Source: an uncultured Candidatus Saccharibacteria bacterium
GTDB lineage: Bacteria > Patescibacteriota > Minisyncoccia > Phycocordibacterales > Phycocordibacteraceae
Direction of reading: 5' to 3'
Assembly (NCBI GenBank): GCA_964434255.1
Contig: CAYSUL010000001.1
Span: 27,720 to 91,719 of the forward strand
DNA length: 64,000 nucleotides
Both the position numbers and the translations under genes were made by a program. Every line of letters starts with the position of its first letter. The first letter of the stretch is position 1. The notes under the pieces are model-generated. The model did not search any database. It saw nothing but the letters and a program-made list of their open reading frames with translations, and was not told where the DNA came from. Positions 41,924 to 51,424 of the stretch are shown one piece after another.

Positions 41924-43068
41924 AGCTCCACCTCGTCGCTGCGGGAGAACGCGAAGCCGTACGCGATAGCGACTATCGCGCCGATAGCGGCAGCGGAGAG
42001 CACGAGTACGAACACCTTGCCCACGACCGGAATGATACCGACGAGATACAACACGAACATGCCGAGTACGGCGCCACGCCACGAGACGCCCTGTCGCTTG
42101 AAGAGGCCGCGCATGAGCGCTGCACCGGCGAGTATGCCTGCGTACAGATACCCAACGAGAAGAAGCGAGAGGTATGCGAGCAGGAGCAGGAGCGCGACCA
42201 CCGTTCCCACGAACGAGATGAGGAGCAGGATGATGAGCGCGGGAGTTGCGACCGTGACCGCGAACCCAAGAAGGGCGAACAGTACGAAATGCCTTGGGGA
42301 ACGTGCGAGCACGCGCTCGGTCACCCGGCTCGTGAAGCGCGGGAAGAGACCGGCAAGGAGGCCGGCGGCGATAACTGCAGCGATTACGCTCGCGACGAAG
42401 AAGACGCCCGCGCCTGCGATAGCGAACCGCTTCGCTTCTTCGACCGTCGGGAGGTATGCGGAAGCACCGGTGTACACCACTCCCCCATCGACCGCGGTCG
42501 ACGCAGGGACTCCTGCCTGCTGCGGTGCATTGTATTTAAGTACACCATGGATGCGCGTGCCCTCTCCGAGCGTAAGGCGTTCCGAGGCGACCACCTCAAC
42601 GTCGCCCAGGTATTCACCCGCCAGATACACGTCACCCCCATAGATGACCACGGGACCGGTAGCGCCATTCTCGAGGCGAACGCTCGCGCCTGCGATGCGT
42701 GTCGAGGAGGCGGTACCAGTGACTACGACAGAGCCTCCTGCAAGCATGAGGTCGCCACCGATAGTGTCCTCGATGATGATGCGTCCACCAGCTGCGCGCA
42801 CATCGCCCGCGACCGGCCGCTTGAGGTCAATCGTTCCCCCTGCAAGCGTCGCGTCGCCCGCGACCGCTGCTGAAAGGGTGAGTGTTCCTCCTGCCGCAAG
42901 AACGTCCCCACCAATCGGTGCGGATACGTTCACGTCGGTACCTGTCAGGTACGCGTTATCCGCTATGGGCTCCGAGATGACTAGTGTACGGTCGGTACGC
43001 ACCGTGGACGCCAGCGTTATGCCCGGAATGACGAGGAGGAGTGCAAGCGCTAGCAGTCGACGCTTCAT
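41920..43068 (-). CDS. Membrane protein with bactofilin-like beta-helical N-terminal repeats
   Basis: Signal peptide, repeated V.GD...AGG units, 5-6 C-terminal TM helices. Confidence 0.7.
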   Translation of the reverse strand: MKRRLLALALLLVIPGITLASTVRTDRTLVISEPIADNAYLTGTDVNVSAPIGGDVLAAGGTLTLSAAVAGDATLAGGTIDLKRPVAGDVRAAGGRIIIEDTIGGDLMLAGGSVVVTGTASSTRIAGASVRLENGATGPVVIYGGDVYLAGEYLGDVEVVASERLTLGEGTRIHGVLKYNAPQQAGVPASTAVDGGVVYTGASAYLPTVEEAKRFAIAGAGVFFVASVIAAVIAAGLLAGLFPRFTSRVTERVLARSPRHFVLFALLGFAVTVATPALIILLLISFVGTVVALLLLLAYLSLLLVGYLYAGILAGAALMRGLFKRQGVSWRGAVLGMFVLYLVGIIPVVGKVFVLVLSAAAIGAIVAIAYGFAFSRSDEVEL

Positions 43069-43072
43069 AGGT

Positions 43073-43546
43073 TCAGGATACCACAGGGCGTATGGGGGTG
43101 AGTTTTGCACGTCCGGGGGCGTGCCTTGCCCACAACCTAAGAGCAATAAGGCATATAAGGGCCGCTATGACCGCCGACGCGATGCAGTAGATGCACAACG
43201 CCTTGATGAGGGCGAACTGGATGAAGAGGAATGCTAAGGATGCAATGAGGCCGAGCACGCCGAGTACCGCGACCGCCTGGTAGAGCGGGTGGTGGGTGCG
43301 GACGAAGAGGATCGCGACAAGGACAAAAAGGAAGCAATAGAAGATGACGCCGTAGAGCGCGAGCGGCAGCCCGAAGAGCTTCGAGTAAGGACTCTGCGCA
43401 ACGATATTGCAGCCATCGAGCACCGCACCCACGTCGCAGAAGAGCGCAGCTCCCTGGAATGCAGAAAGAGTGAGGTACCACGCATCTGCTATGCCGAGGA
43501 ATGCGAGGACGAGCAATGTCACGAGTAGCCCGTTACGGGTGTTCAT
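43073..43546 (-). CDS. Vitamin K epoxide reductase (VKOR) family protein
   Basis: C...GC..V..S.YS..FG.P...G, C.YC. Confidence 0.88.
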   Translation of the reverse strand: MNTRNGLLVTLLVLAFLGIADAWYLTLSAFQGAALFCDVGAVLDGCNIVAQSPYSKLFGLPLALYGVIFYCFLFVLVAILFVRTHHPLYQAVAVLGVLGLIASLAFLFIQFALIKALCIYCIASAVIAALICLIALRLWARHAPGRAKLTPIRPVVS

Positions 43547-43598
43547 CAAGCTATCGTAGCCTGCGGACGTATGAGCGGCAAATGGGTATACTTGTGCC

Positions 43599-43994
43599 AT
43601 GGAACCGATGCCGCAGACGGATGAGGAGTGGCGCGAGAAGCTCTCGCCCGAAGAATACCGAGTGCTCCGGGAGCGCGAGACGGAGGCTCCTTTCTCGGGC
43701 GCGTACGTAGAGAATCATGAGGAGGGCGTATACCGCTGCAAAGCGTGCGGGAACCTCCTATTCACCTCTGACCAGAAGTTCGACTCGGGCACCGGCTGGC
43801 CATCGTTCACCGATCCTGCGGTGGCGGAGAACGTGGGCACGCGTCCCGACGACACATACGGCATGCACCGCACCGAGGTGTACTGCAAGAAATGCGACGG
43901 CCATCTGGGTCACGTATTCAATGACGGCCCAGCTGAAGCAGGCGGCAAGCGGTATTGCATCAATTCCGTCTGCCTAGCCTTCGAGAAGGAATAA
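43599..43994 (+). CDS. msrB: Methionine-R-sulfoxide reductase
   Basis: TE.PF.G, CxxC, GWPSF, HLGHVF.DGP, RYCINS. Confidence 0.96.
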   Translation: MEPMPQTDEEWREKLSPEEYRVLRERETEAPFSGAYVENHEEGVYRCKACGNLLFTSDQKFDSGTGWPSFTDPAVAENVGTRPDDTYGMHRTEVYCKKCDGHLGHVFNDGPAEAGGKRYCINSVCLAFEKE

Positions 43995-44000
43995 CGAGTG

Positions 44001-44033
44001 AGGCACCATCCGTATCTGGTACGAATGGTGCCT
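44001..44033. terminator. Hairpin between convergent msrB and gcrA
   Basis: AGGCACCAT...ATGGTGCCT inverted repeat. Confidence 0.55.
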
Positions 44034-44039
44034 GAATCA

Positions 44040-44546
44040 CTAGATATATCGCTGGAGTGAACGGGCGAGCTCGTTCGTGCGAGTTCGCCTCTTGGTCTGC
44101 GCCGGTTGATACGCCACGCGAGCGTGCTCCAGGCAGTACGGCCCATCGTCCTGCCGCCTTCCGCAGAAAGTGAAGCCGTCGGTGAATGGGTCGCCGATAG
44201 GCCATTTGCACATGTGAGCGTCGAGCGTGAGGATGGTCGCCGTGCCCGGAGCTTCCTCGACATACTGCACCGGCGCCGGGATGGGCGCGGTGGCGACAAT
44301 CGGAGCAGGCTCAGCGACACGCCGACGTGCGACAGACGCTGCAGCCGGACGGGGCGAACGCGGTGCCTTGAACACGGGCCGGGCCGGTTTCGATGGCGTC
44401 GCACGACCCGAAAGCCCGAGCCGGTGGACTTTGCCGATGACAGCGTTGCGCGTCACGCCGCCCAACTGTTTAGCTATCTGGTCTCCAGAGAGACCGTCCT
44501 GCCAGAGCTTCTTGAGACTCTCTACGCGTTCGTCGGTCCAACCCAT
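44040..44546 (-). CDS. gcrA: GcrA cell-cycle regulator
   Basis: WTDERV..LKKLW.DGLS..QIA.QLGGVTRNAVIGKVHRLGLSGR N-domain; CKWPIGDP...F.FCG, PYC.EH..VAYQP, LARSL.RYI C-domain. Confidence 0.95.
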   Translation of the reverse strand: MGWTDERVESLKKLWQDGLSGDQIAKQLGGVTRNAVIGKVHRLGLSGRATPSKPARPVFKAPRSPRPAAASVARRRVAEPAPIVATAPIPAPVQYVEEAPGTATILTLDAHMCKWPIGDPFTDGFTFCGRRQDDGPYCLEHARVAYQPAQTKRRTRTNELARSLQRYI

Positions 44547-44673
44547 GATCTTCCCTTTCCCGCCGCTGGCGGTTCCGTGAGGAATGAATGTCTAGAAACT
44601 GCTTTCTCTTCCCTTCCGGAGCGGATTATATGACGCCTCGACAAATCGCTATCAACAGGAGCTAATGATGAGC

Positions 44674-45633
44674 TTAGGTGCAGCCCATCGTTGTCGCTCC
44701 GTCCTTCCTCATCCCTACGTTAGTTTCCGCATATCGTACATAGGTCTCGCCTTCCGCTTTCGTGAATATTGCGGTGACCGCGAGCCCGCAACGCACGCTC
44801 GGTTCCCAATACTGATCGAATACGAAATTGCCGAGGGAGTAATACACGCGGGTGCTGCCGATATCCTCCACCTCCCCCACAACATGCGAGTGCGTGCCGA
44901 TGATGAGGTCCGCTCCTGCGTTCGCGAATGCTCGTGCGAGCTCGCGTACTCGTACGGGTGGAGCGGTCTCATACTCATTTCCCCAATGCGCAAGCACGAT
45001 TACAGCGTCCGCACTCTGCACCGCGTCGCTTTCAAGCGCCTGGCGGGCACGCGCAGAATCCCCGCCCACGAAGTCGCTATACGAAACGAACGCGAGGCGC
45101 ACACCGTTCACCTCTTGTACTACCGGCTCGATAGAGTCTCCGGTCGGGTCGCCGATATACTCGATGCCTGCACCAGACAGGTATTTGGTGGTCGAGCGCA
45201 CGCCATCGGCTCCGAAGTCCTTGATATGGTTGTTGCCTATCGAGACGAGGTCGAAGCCGTAATCGAGCAGGAGCTTCCGTACGCTCGAGGCGAACGTGAA
45301 GCGCATGTTGGTAAGCTCTCCGATCTGGGTACCCTGCGACTGCGATAGGTTATCCGTTATCGGGCCTTCCAGGTTCCCGACGTTCATATCGGCTTCCGAC
45401 AGAAGCCGCTCGACGCCGCCGAGCACATGAGCATTCCCATTCCGCGCGAGCACGGTACGGATATACCGGTCGAACATCATATCGCCCACGAACAGGACCG
45501 TCGCGGTCTTTATCTCCTCTTTCTTCTGGAAGATCCTGGCTTGGCTAGTCTCTACCGTCTGTGAGCTGAGCATGAAAAGCGTGAGGCTGAACGCCCCAGC
45601 GAATATGAGGAGTATGGTTCCGACCCTCTTCAT
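44674..45633 (-). CDS. CapA family metallophosphatase
   Basis: GD.M.DR, GNLEGP, NNH..DFG, HWG.EY, G.HSHV, YSLGNF.FDQ. Confidence 0.9.
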   Translation of the reverse strand: MKRVGTILLIFAGAFSLTLFMLSSQTVETSQARIFQKKEEIKTATVLFVGDMMFDRYIRTVLARNGNAHVLGGVERLLSEADMNVGNLEGPITDNLSQSQGTQIGELTNMRFTFASSVRKLLLDYGFDLVSIGNNHIKDFGADGVRSTTKYLSGAGIEYIGDPTGDSIEPVVQEVNGVRLAFVSYSDFVGGDSARARQALESDAVQSADAVIVLAHWGNEYETAPPVRVRELARAFANAGADLIIGTHSHVVGEVEDIGSTRVYYSLGNFVFDQYWEPSVRCGLAVTAIFTKAEGETYVRYAETNVGMRKDGATTMGCT

Positions 45634-45655
45634 ACACTGATGATACAGTAGGCGG

Positions 45656-46195
45656 ATGAAGGAGGTAGCGATGTTCGGTGGAGGATGCTTCTGGTGTACG
45701 GAAGCGGTATTCAAGATGATGAAAGGAGTGACTGCGGTCGCGCCGGGCTACGCAGGCGGGCACACGAAGAACCCGACCTATGAACAGGTATCGACTGGAG
45801 AGACCGGCCATGCCGAGGTCATCCGTATAGAATACGACCCCGCGGTGGTAGCGTATCGCACGCTCCTCACCATATTCTTCGCTTCGCATGATGCGACGCA
45901 GTTGAATCAGCAGGGCAATGATATAGGCACCCAGTACCGCTCTGCGGTGTTCCCTACGACGCCTAAGCAAAACATTGAGACCGAAGCGTTCATTCGCGAG
46001 CTCGAAGCCTCGAGCACGGACGGCGACCCGATAGTAACCACCATAGAAGAGAACGCGGTCTTCTATCCTGCCGAGGAGTACCACAGGGACTATTTCGAGA
46101 ACCATCCCGAGCAGGCGTACTGCCAGATAGTGATAGCGCCGAAGCTCCAGAAGGTGCAGAAGGTGTACGCAGAGCTTCTCTCGCAACCTTCCTAG
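45656..46195 (+). CDS. msrA: Methionine-S-sulfoxide reductase
   Basis: GGCFWC, GYAGG, GHAE, FYPAEEYH. Confidence 0.96.
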   Translation: MKEVAMFGGGCFWCTEAVFKMMKGVTAVAPGYAGGHTKNPTYEQVSTGETGHAEVIRIEYDPAVVAYRTLLTIFFASHDATQLNQQGNDIGTQYRSAVFPTTPKQNIETEAFIRELEASSTDGDPIVTTIEENAVFYPAEEYHRDYFENHPEQAYCQIVIAPKLQKVQKVYAELLSQPS

Positions 46196-46310
46196 GCGGG
46201 CGAGTGTTCTAGGAGATAGGAAGATCTTTGACAGCCGGAACATCGTCGCGCGCAGAAATGCGAGCGAGGTCCAACATACGCGCCTTTACTCGAACTCTAA
46301 CGCAACGAAT

Positions 46311-46556
46311 ATGACTATATTCCGCGCTCTCGGTCTCTTGGTGCTTATCTTGGTCCTGCAATCGATGGTTCCTGCTATATGGAGCGAACTCGAGGCTACT
46401 ATCATCGCGTTCTTGCACGGTGCACGCATATCAGCTGGCGTCGCGACGAGTATTGCTGCTTCTGCTGGAAGCACCAACCTATCCGTCCCGCTCTCCGCTA
46501 TGCCCTTCACCACCCCGCCCTTCCCCCTTCCGCAAGCCGCGTATACCAACCTCTAA
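46311..46556 (+). CDS. Hypothetical membrane protein
   Basis: Hydrophobic N-terminus, terminator hairpin at about 46614-46641. Confidence 0.55.
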   Translation: MTIFRALGLLVLILVLQSMVPAIWSELEATIIAFLHGARISAGVATSIAASAGSTNLSVPLSAMPFTTPPFPLPQAAYTNL

Positions 46557-46787
46557 CTCTCTCCCGTCGCCTAAGCCAATTCCTCGGGATTGGCTTTCGT
46601 ATTTCCATAAGAAGAAAGCCGCTCCAGGGAGCGGCTTTCTTCTTGCATCAGACGAATTGTTTACGGCTTAGTTGTAAAAATGCTACATCACAAGTGATGG
46701 AGGTAAGCCGTAAACAGCTCGTCTCATACGCACGATTACATAAAAGATATCATATATCCTTTTGCAAGTCAACAGCCCCCCGGTAGG

Positions 46788-46806
46788 CTCGGACGGTGTT
46801 GGAACC
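46788..46806 (+). repeat. Recurrent att-like motif copy B (degenerate)
   Basis: CTCGGACGGTGTTGGAACC. Confidence 0.6.
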
Positions 46807-47045
46807 TTGATTTGTCTTAGAATCTCTATACTCTAACCTCGGGTGTTCGGGCAACACAATTGGCTAGCCCAAACGTGGCCATTAGTTCCTGCGCAGGCAG
46901 GAGCTGGTCTCAGAAGTAGCGATTAGCTACCACAAGGTGACGAACTCAATACCTGAGAAACGCTGACAGAGATCATTCCTCGACTTTTGGTGCTCGAACA
47001 CTTCCAGACCACTTCATGTGGTCTTTCTTTTTGCGTACTAAAGTC

Positions 47046-47074
47046 TGCTGGGGGTCTGGGACGATGTTGGAACT
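47046..47074 (+). repeat. Recurrent att-like motif copy C
   Basis: TGCTGGGGGTCTGGGACGATGTTGGAACT, 28/29 identical to copy E. Confidence 0.88.
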
Positions 47075-47163
47075 TCACTAATACGACCCCATGACCCGAT
47101 AGTTGATAAATATAGACATTTGTGTTATAAAGACAAAAGTGATGCATCGCTAGGAGACGTCTA

Positions 47164-47571
47164 ATGGAAGAGGTTCCCTCTCGCTCTTTTCTGGTCTTCA
47201 GGACCTTTCCTGACACCTGGGAATTGCCGGGTGAATACAGCAATGTACTTGAGAAGCATCTTTGTTCTATCCCAACGGAACTAATACTTCCGTGGCCGGT
47301 CAACATTTGCCCCAGAAATATTGGGGATGAGATCTGCTTCTCGAGCATGTTGACCCCGTATGCCGACTTCGTGGTGGAGAAGTTTGAGTACATCTACAGT
47401 CGCAAGAAAGGGGTTACTCAGTGGGTTCGTTTAAGACCTACTGAGGACGGCATGGACTTTAACCTCAACACGCTGCTTCACGCAGCCGATGAGGGGTTCC
47501 TGTTCGAATCTGAAGTCCCAATTTCACGAGTGTTGTACGACGCCGGCCTTCGACACACGGCCGTCGGATGA
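47164..47571 (+). CDS. Hypothetical protein (orphan, lower GC)
   Basis: AGGAG SD, own hairpin terminator at about 47581-47612. Confidence 0.6.
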   Translation: MEEVPSRSFLVFRTFPDTWELPGEYSNVLEKHLCSIPTELILPWPVNICPRNIGDEICFSSMLTPYADFVVEKFEYIYSRKKGVTQWVRLRPTEDGMDFNLNTLLHAADEGFLFESEVPISRVLYDAGLRHTAVG

Positions 47572-47617
47572 CATTGCAGCAGCCCTCACACTTCGATGAT
47601 GTGGGGGCTTTAATATT

Positions 47618-47642
47618 GCTGGCAGACTAGGGATCGAACCTA
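47618..47642 (-). repeat. tRNA-Gln-like 3' fragment T2
   Basis: Minus strand TAGGTTCGATCCCTAGTCTGCCAGC = T-arm plus acceptor 3' strand; overlaps peptidase stop. Confidence 0.72.
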
Positions 47643-48043
47643 TTTGTCCCCTCCTCCTCCCGACCCTGCACATGCGGCTCATCCATGCCGAAATAGTGGC
47701 CGAGCTCATGCCAGATAGTTTCGCGTATCACGATGCGTATCGCATCCCGGAATTCCCTATCCATCTCTTCTGCCTCTTCGATGATAGGTAGCCGATAGAG
47801 CGTGATGGTGTCCGGCATGGTGCCACCAATGCCATACTCGCTGCCGCGCTCCGAGAGCGGAACGCCATGATACAGACCGAGCAGGGTCTCTTCGTGTTCG
47901 AGCCCCTCTTCCTTCCTAACTTCTTCGCTCAGCTCGTCCTCGATCAGAAGCGCGACGTTCTTCACCGACCGCTCGAATCGCTCCGGCACCTTCTTCCACT
48001 CCTCTGCGGCTATCGCCTCGAATTCACGTATATCCATGTCCAT
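47627..48043 (-). CDS. Zincin-like metallopeptidase (DUF1025-like)
   Basis: LLGLY.GVP...R, PD.I.LYR, HELGHYFG. Confidence 0.85.
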   Translation of the reverse strand: MDMDIREFEAIAAEEWKKVPERFERSVKNVALLIEDELSEEVRKEEGLEHEETLLGLYHGVPLSERGSEYGIGGTMPDTITLYRLPIIEEAEEMDREFRDAIRIVIRETIWHELGHYFGMDEPHVQGREEEGTNRFDP

Positions 48044-48061
48044 AGTTTATACTCCATACAC

Positions 48062-48724
48062 ATGAATATCCGCCACGCCAAGATAAGTGAGCAGCTCGGG
48101 GTCGTAGGCCTGCTCGTCACTATCGGTGCACTCGTCCTCATCGCGTTCTTCGTCGATATGGAAGCGCTCAAGGCGTATGTGCTCGCATCAGGCCCGTTCG
48201 CACCGCTCGTATTCATACTCCTGAAAGCATCGACGGTCATCATCGCCCCGCTATCGGGCGCCCCGCTCTACCCTATCGTCGGACTCTTCTTCGGGTTCTG
48301 GCCCGGCTTCCTCTACGTGCTCATCGGTGACTTCCTCGGGTACACGGGCGCGTTCTTCCTCGCCCGCAAGTTCGGGTACCCCTTCGTGCGCAAGATGATA
48401 GCCGGGAACGAGCACGGTCTCCTGTCCCGCGTCGTATCGCACGTGGGCACGGTGAAGGGCTTCATCCATATGTGCCTCACTTGCTTCGCGCTTCCCGAAC
48501 TCATCTCGTACGGCACTGGCCTCTCCCGTCTCCCCTACCCGATATTCATCTCCGTATTGCTTCCGCTCTCGGCAGTGATGTCCGCGACGCTCGTCCTCTT
48601 CGGATCGCTCCTCGACTTCTCCGAGGGCTCGCTCCTCATCACCATCGGTATGCCGCTCGTTGGCGGCGTCATCATCGCTATCGGCGGATACCTCTTCCTT
48701 CGCGGAGTGAACGAGAAGGTCTAG
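48062..48724 (+). CDS. TVP38/VTT (DedA-like) membrane protein
   Basis: AP..G.P....G..FG...G, F.LARK.G, SY..GL. Confidence 0.8.
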   Translation: MNIRHAKISEQLGVVGLLVTIGALVLIAFFVDMEALKAYVLASGPFAPLVFILLKASTVIIAPLSGAPLYPIVGLFFGFWPGFLYVLIGDFLGYTGAFFLARKFGYPFVRKMIAGNEHGLLSRVVSHVGTVKGFIHMCLTCFALPELISYGTGLSRLPYPIFISVLLPLSAVMSATLVLFGSLLDFSEGSLLITIGMPLVGGVIIAIGGYLFLRGVNEKV

Positions 48725-48912
48725 GAAGCCGCTTCTTCGCTTAGAGGAGCAGGTTGCGTCATCATCTCATCGAGTTCGGCCTTGATGGCGTTCTCGAATG
48801 CCTTCATCTGGTACCTGGTCCCGAGCCAGAACCCAAGCGCGAACACTAGGACGAAGAGCACGATAGCGACTGCCTGCGAGTACCAGTTCACAGTGTTCCA
48901 TTCGATTTTCAT
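48721..48912 (-). CDS. Small membrane protein
   Basis: WN.V.WYS...A..LFV....GF..G. Confidence 0.65.
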   Translation of the reverse strand: MKIEWNTVNWYSQAVAIVLFVLVFALGFWLGTRYQMKAFENAIKAELDEMMTQPAPLSEEAAS

Positions 48913-48982
48913 ATCTTGGAGTATAGCGTAATAGCAAAACGACCTCCTAAGAGGTCGTTTTTGCGTAGGACAGCTTCGTGGG

Positions 48983-49681
48983 TTACTTCAACTCTGCGTC
49001 TATCAGCGCCGCGACCGATGCGAACGGCTGCGCGCCCGCGAGAAGCGTCTTGCCGATTATCATCGCCGGGGTGCCAGTGACGCCCAGCGCAGAACCTTCC
49101 GTACGGTCAGCTGCGATAGCTTCCGAGTACTTAGCGCGGTTGGATGCAACGAGCGCCGCAACGCGGTCCCCATCGATGCCAGCTACGCCGCGGGTAAGCG
49201 TATCGACGCTCTTCTCATCGCCGAAGCCTCCATGCTCCTCATCCTGCGCGACGAACATCGCCTTGTACCATTCGTAATAGAGCTCGGGATGCGCCTCCCA
49301 TACAGCACGGGAGTAGAGCGCGCCTGATTCTGAATCAGGCCCGAGGAACTGGAAGTCCTTGACGAGGATCTTCACCTTTCCGGTCGCGACATACGTGTCG
49401 TATATCTGCACCATCGCTGTCTGCTCGAACTGCTTGCAGAACGGGCACTGGTAATCGAACCAGTACGCCATGACGACCGGTGCGTTCTTATCGCCCAGGA
49501 ACGGCCCGTTATCCTTCACGTCCTTGATGTTAACCGCCTTCGCTACCTGCTCTCCAGGCTGGGAAGGTAGCGCATCTCCGCGACCGAATGCGAACGCACC
49601 TGCGATGATAAGCGCGCCCACGATGACCGCGATAGGGGTCATGTACTTCTCCAAGAACGAACCAGTATCTGCTTTTTCCAT
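48983..49681 (-). CDS. DsbA/BdbD-family thiol-disulfide oxidoreductase
   Basis: DYQCPFC, GV.GTP, GAQP. Confidence 0.9.
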   Translation of the reverse strand: MEKADTGSFLEKYMTPIAVIVGALIIAGAFAFGRGDALPSQPGEQVAKAVNIKDVKDNGPFLGDKNAPVVMAYWFDYQCPFCKQFEQTAMVQIYDTYVATGKVKILVKDFQFLGPDSESGALYSRAVWEAHPELYYEWYKAMFVAQDEEHGGFGDEKSVDTLTRGVAGIDGDRVAALVASNRAKYSEAIAADRTEGSALGVTGTPAMIIGKTLLAGAQPFASVAALIDAELK

Positions 49682-49775
49682 ATAAGTATTACGCCCTTTT
49701 ATTTCCAATAGCCTTCAGTATAGCAAAAACCCCAGGCTGCATAGCCTGGGGTTTTTGAGCACTTAGAGGGACCGA

Positions 49776-51185
49776 TTACGAGATGAACGTAAGCGCCTTC
49801 CCGCCCATGCCAGCACGACCGGTACGGCCGATACGGTGGGTGTAATCCTCGTAGGTGCCCGGCAAGTCGAAGTTGATGACGTGCGTCACTCCCGAGATGT
49901 CGAGACCACGAGCCGCGACGTCGGTTGCCACGAGCACGCGCACATGCGACTGCTTGAAGAGCCCAAGGGCCTTCTGGCGCGCGGAGTGCGTCTTGTTGCC
50001 GTGGATGGAGTCGGCTTTTATGCCGGCCTGGCGAAGATCCTTCGCGAGGCGCTCCACGCCGTGCTTGGTGCGTCCGAAGACAAGCACGCGCTCCATGTCA
50101 GGAGCCTGGAGAAGCTCGATGAGCTTCGTAAGCTTCTGGGCAGGAGGAACGCGCACGACGTCCTGGTCGATAGTGTGCGAGGTCTCGCGGGTCTTCACCG
50201 AAATGCGGACCGGGTCCTTGAGGAATTCGCCGATGAGGCGCTCGATATCCTTCGACAGCGTTGCCGAGAAGAAGAGCGTGTGACGGACGTTCCGCATGAA
50301 TCCCATAATGAAACGCATGTCGTTGATGAATCCCATGTCGAGCATGCGATCGGCCTCATCGAGGACGACGGTACCGAAGTCGGAGAGGTCGAGCTCCCTG
50401 CGCTCCATGATGTCCTTGAGGCGTCCCGGCGTGCCGATGACGAAGGATGGGTTGCGACGGAGTACGCGTATCTGCGGAGAGATGTTGGCACCTCCCACAA
50501 TCGTCACCGAGTTTAGCTGGAGGCCCTTGGCGAAGCCGAAGAACTCCTGCTCGATCTGGATAGCGAGCTCGCGCGTCGGTACCATGATGAGCACGCGCTC
50601 ATTCTGGCCGAGTGCACGGAACTTGAGCACCTTATCGATGAGCGGAATGAGGAATGCCGCTGTCTTACCAGTACCCGTGTTCGCAAGACCGACCACATCG
50701 AGTCCCTTGAGGACGTGCGGTATGGACTCGTCCTGGATAGGGGTCGGGGTGACATATCCCTTGGCCGCGATGTTCGCCTTGAGGCGCTCATCGATAGCGA
50801 AGCCTGCGAATGCGTGCTCGGGTACGTACGCCTCTACCTCTTCAGGAGCTGAAGCCTTATTAATAAGCTTATTCAGGTCGACGTTCATCTCCTGGAATCC
50901 CCGCTTACCGCCGGAGCGGTTCGAGGAACCGCCGCCACGAGGGCCACGGTCGAACGAAGGGCGAGATGAGGACGAGGGGCCACGAGAGCCGCCACCGCCA
51001 CGAGGCGGTCCGAAACTACGCTGAGGGCGACGCGGGGCGCCGTTCGCAAGAGCGAACTGCATGCCCGCTTCGTACGCGTTGCTTGCGCCACCACGGCTTG
51101 AACCGCTGCGGCTAGGACGAGGGCCTGAGCCACCCGACCGATTGCCTCCACGCTTATCGCGCGAAGAGAAATTACTATTTTGCAT
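49776..51185 (-). CDS. DEAD-box RNA helicase
   Basis: PTPIQ, TGTGKT, PTRELA, DEAD, SAT, HRIGRTGR. Confidence 0.96.
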   Translation of the reverse strand: MQNSNFSSRDKRGGNRSGGSGPRPSRSGSSRGGASNAYEAGMQFALANGAPRRPQRSFGPPRGGGGSRGPSSSSRPSFDRGPRGGGSSNRSGGKRGFQEMNVDLNKLINKASAPEEVEAYVPEHAFAGFAIDERLKANIAAKGYVTPTPIQDESIPHVLKGLDVVGLANTGTGKTAAFLIPLIDKVLKFRALGQNERVLIMVPTRELAIQIEQEFFGFAKGLQLNSVTIVGGANISPQIRVLRRNPSFVIGTPGRLKDIMERRELDLSDFGTVVLDEADRMLDMGFINDMRFIMGFMRNVRHTLFFSATLSKDIERLIGEFLKDPVRISVKTRETSHTIDQDVVRVPPAQKLTKLIELLQAPDMERVLVFGRTKHGVERLAKDLRQAGIKADSIHGNKTHSARQKALGLFKQSHVRVLVATDVAARGLDISGVTHVINFDLPGTYEDYTHRIGRTGRAGMGGKALTFIS

Positions 51186-51338
51186 GTATGTATCTGTTTG
51201 AACGAGAGCGCTGGCGCTCTTCGTGTTGAGTAATCAACCGTCCTCGAGAGTTTCAAGCCGATGCGCTTTCCGCTTTGGCTGGTCCTGATGAGTTTGCTCT
51301 CAAGACGTCAAACAATATGGAGTAACCGTTGTGGAGGA

Positions 51339-51367
51339 ACTATAGCACTTCCCTCCTTATTTTGCAA
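51339..51367 (-). promoter_or_regulatory. Promoter of DEAD-box helicase (TTGCAA-N17-TATAGT)
   Basis: 17-bp spacer; implies a leader of about 145 nt. Confidence 0.55.
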
Positions 51368-51424
51368 GGCGTGGAGACAAATGACGCCCCGCCCGAAAGC
51401 AGGGCGAGGCGTCGAATCAGGTAC

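Noticed and set aside
44581-44600. TCTAGAC upstream of gcrA (minus strand), similar to the end of the A/D leader
   Set aside because: Too short, and no core motif or tRNA fragment flanks gcrA, so it cannot be tied to the cassette system.
46237-46250. Inverted partial motif copy (GACGATGTT on the minus strand)
   Set aside because: Only about 9 bp match and the flanks diverge; could be chance.
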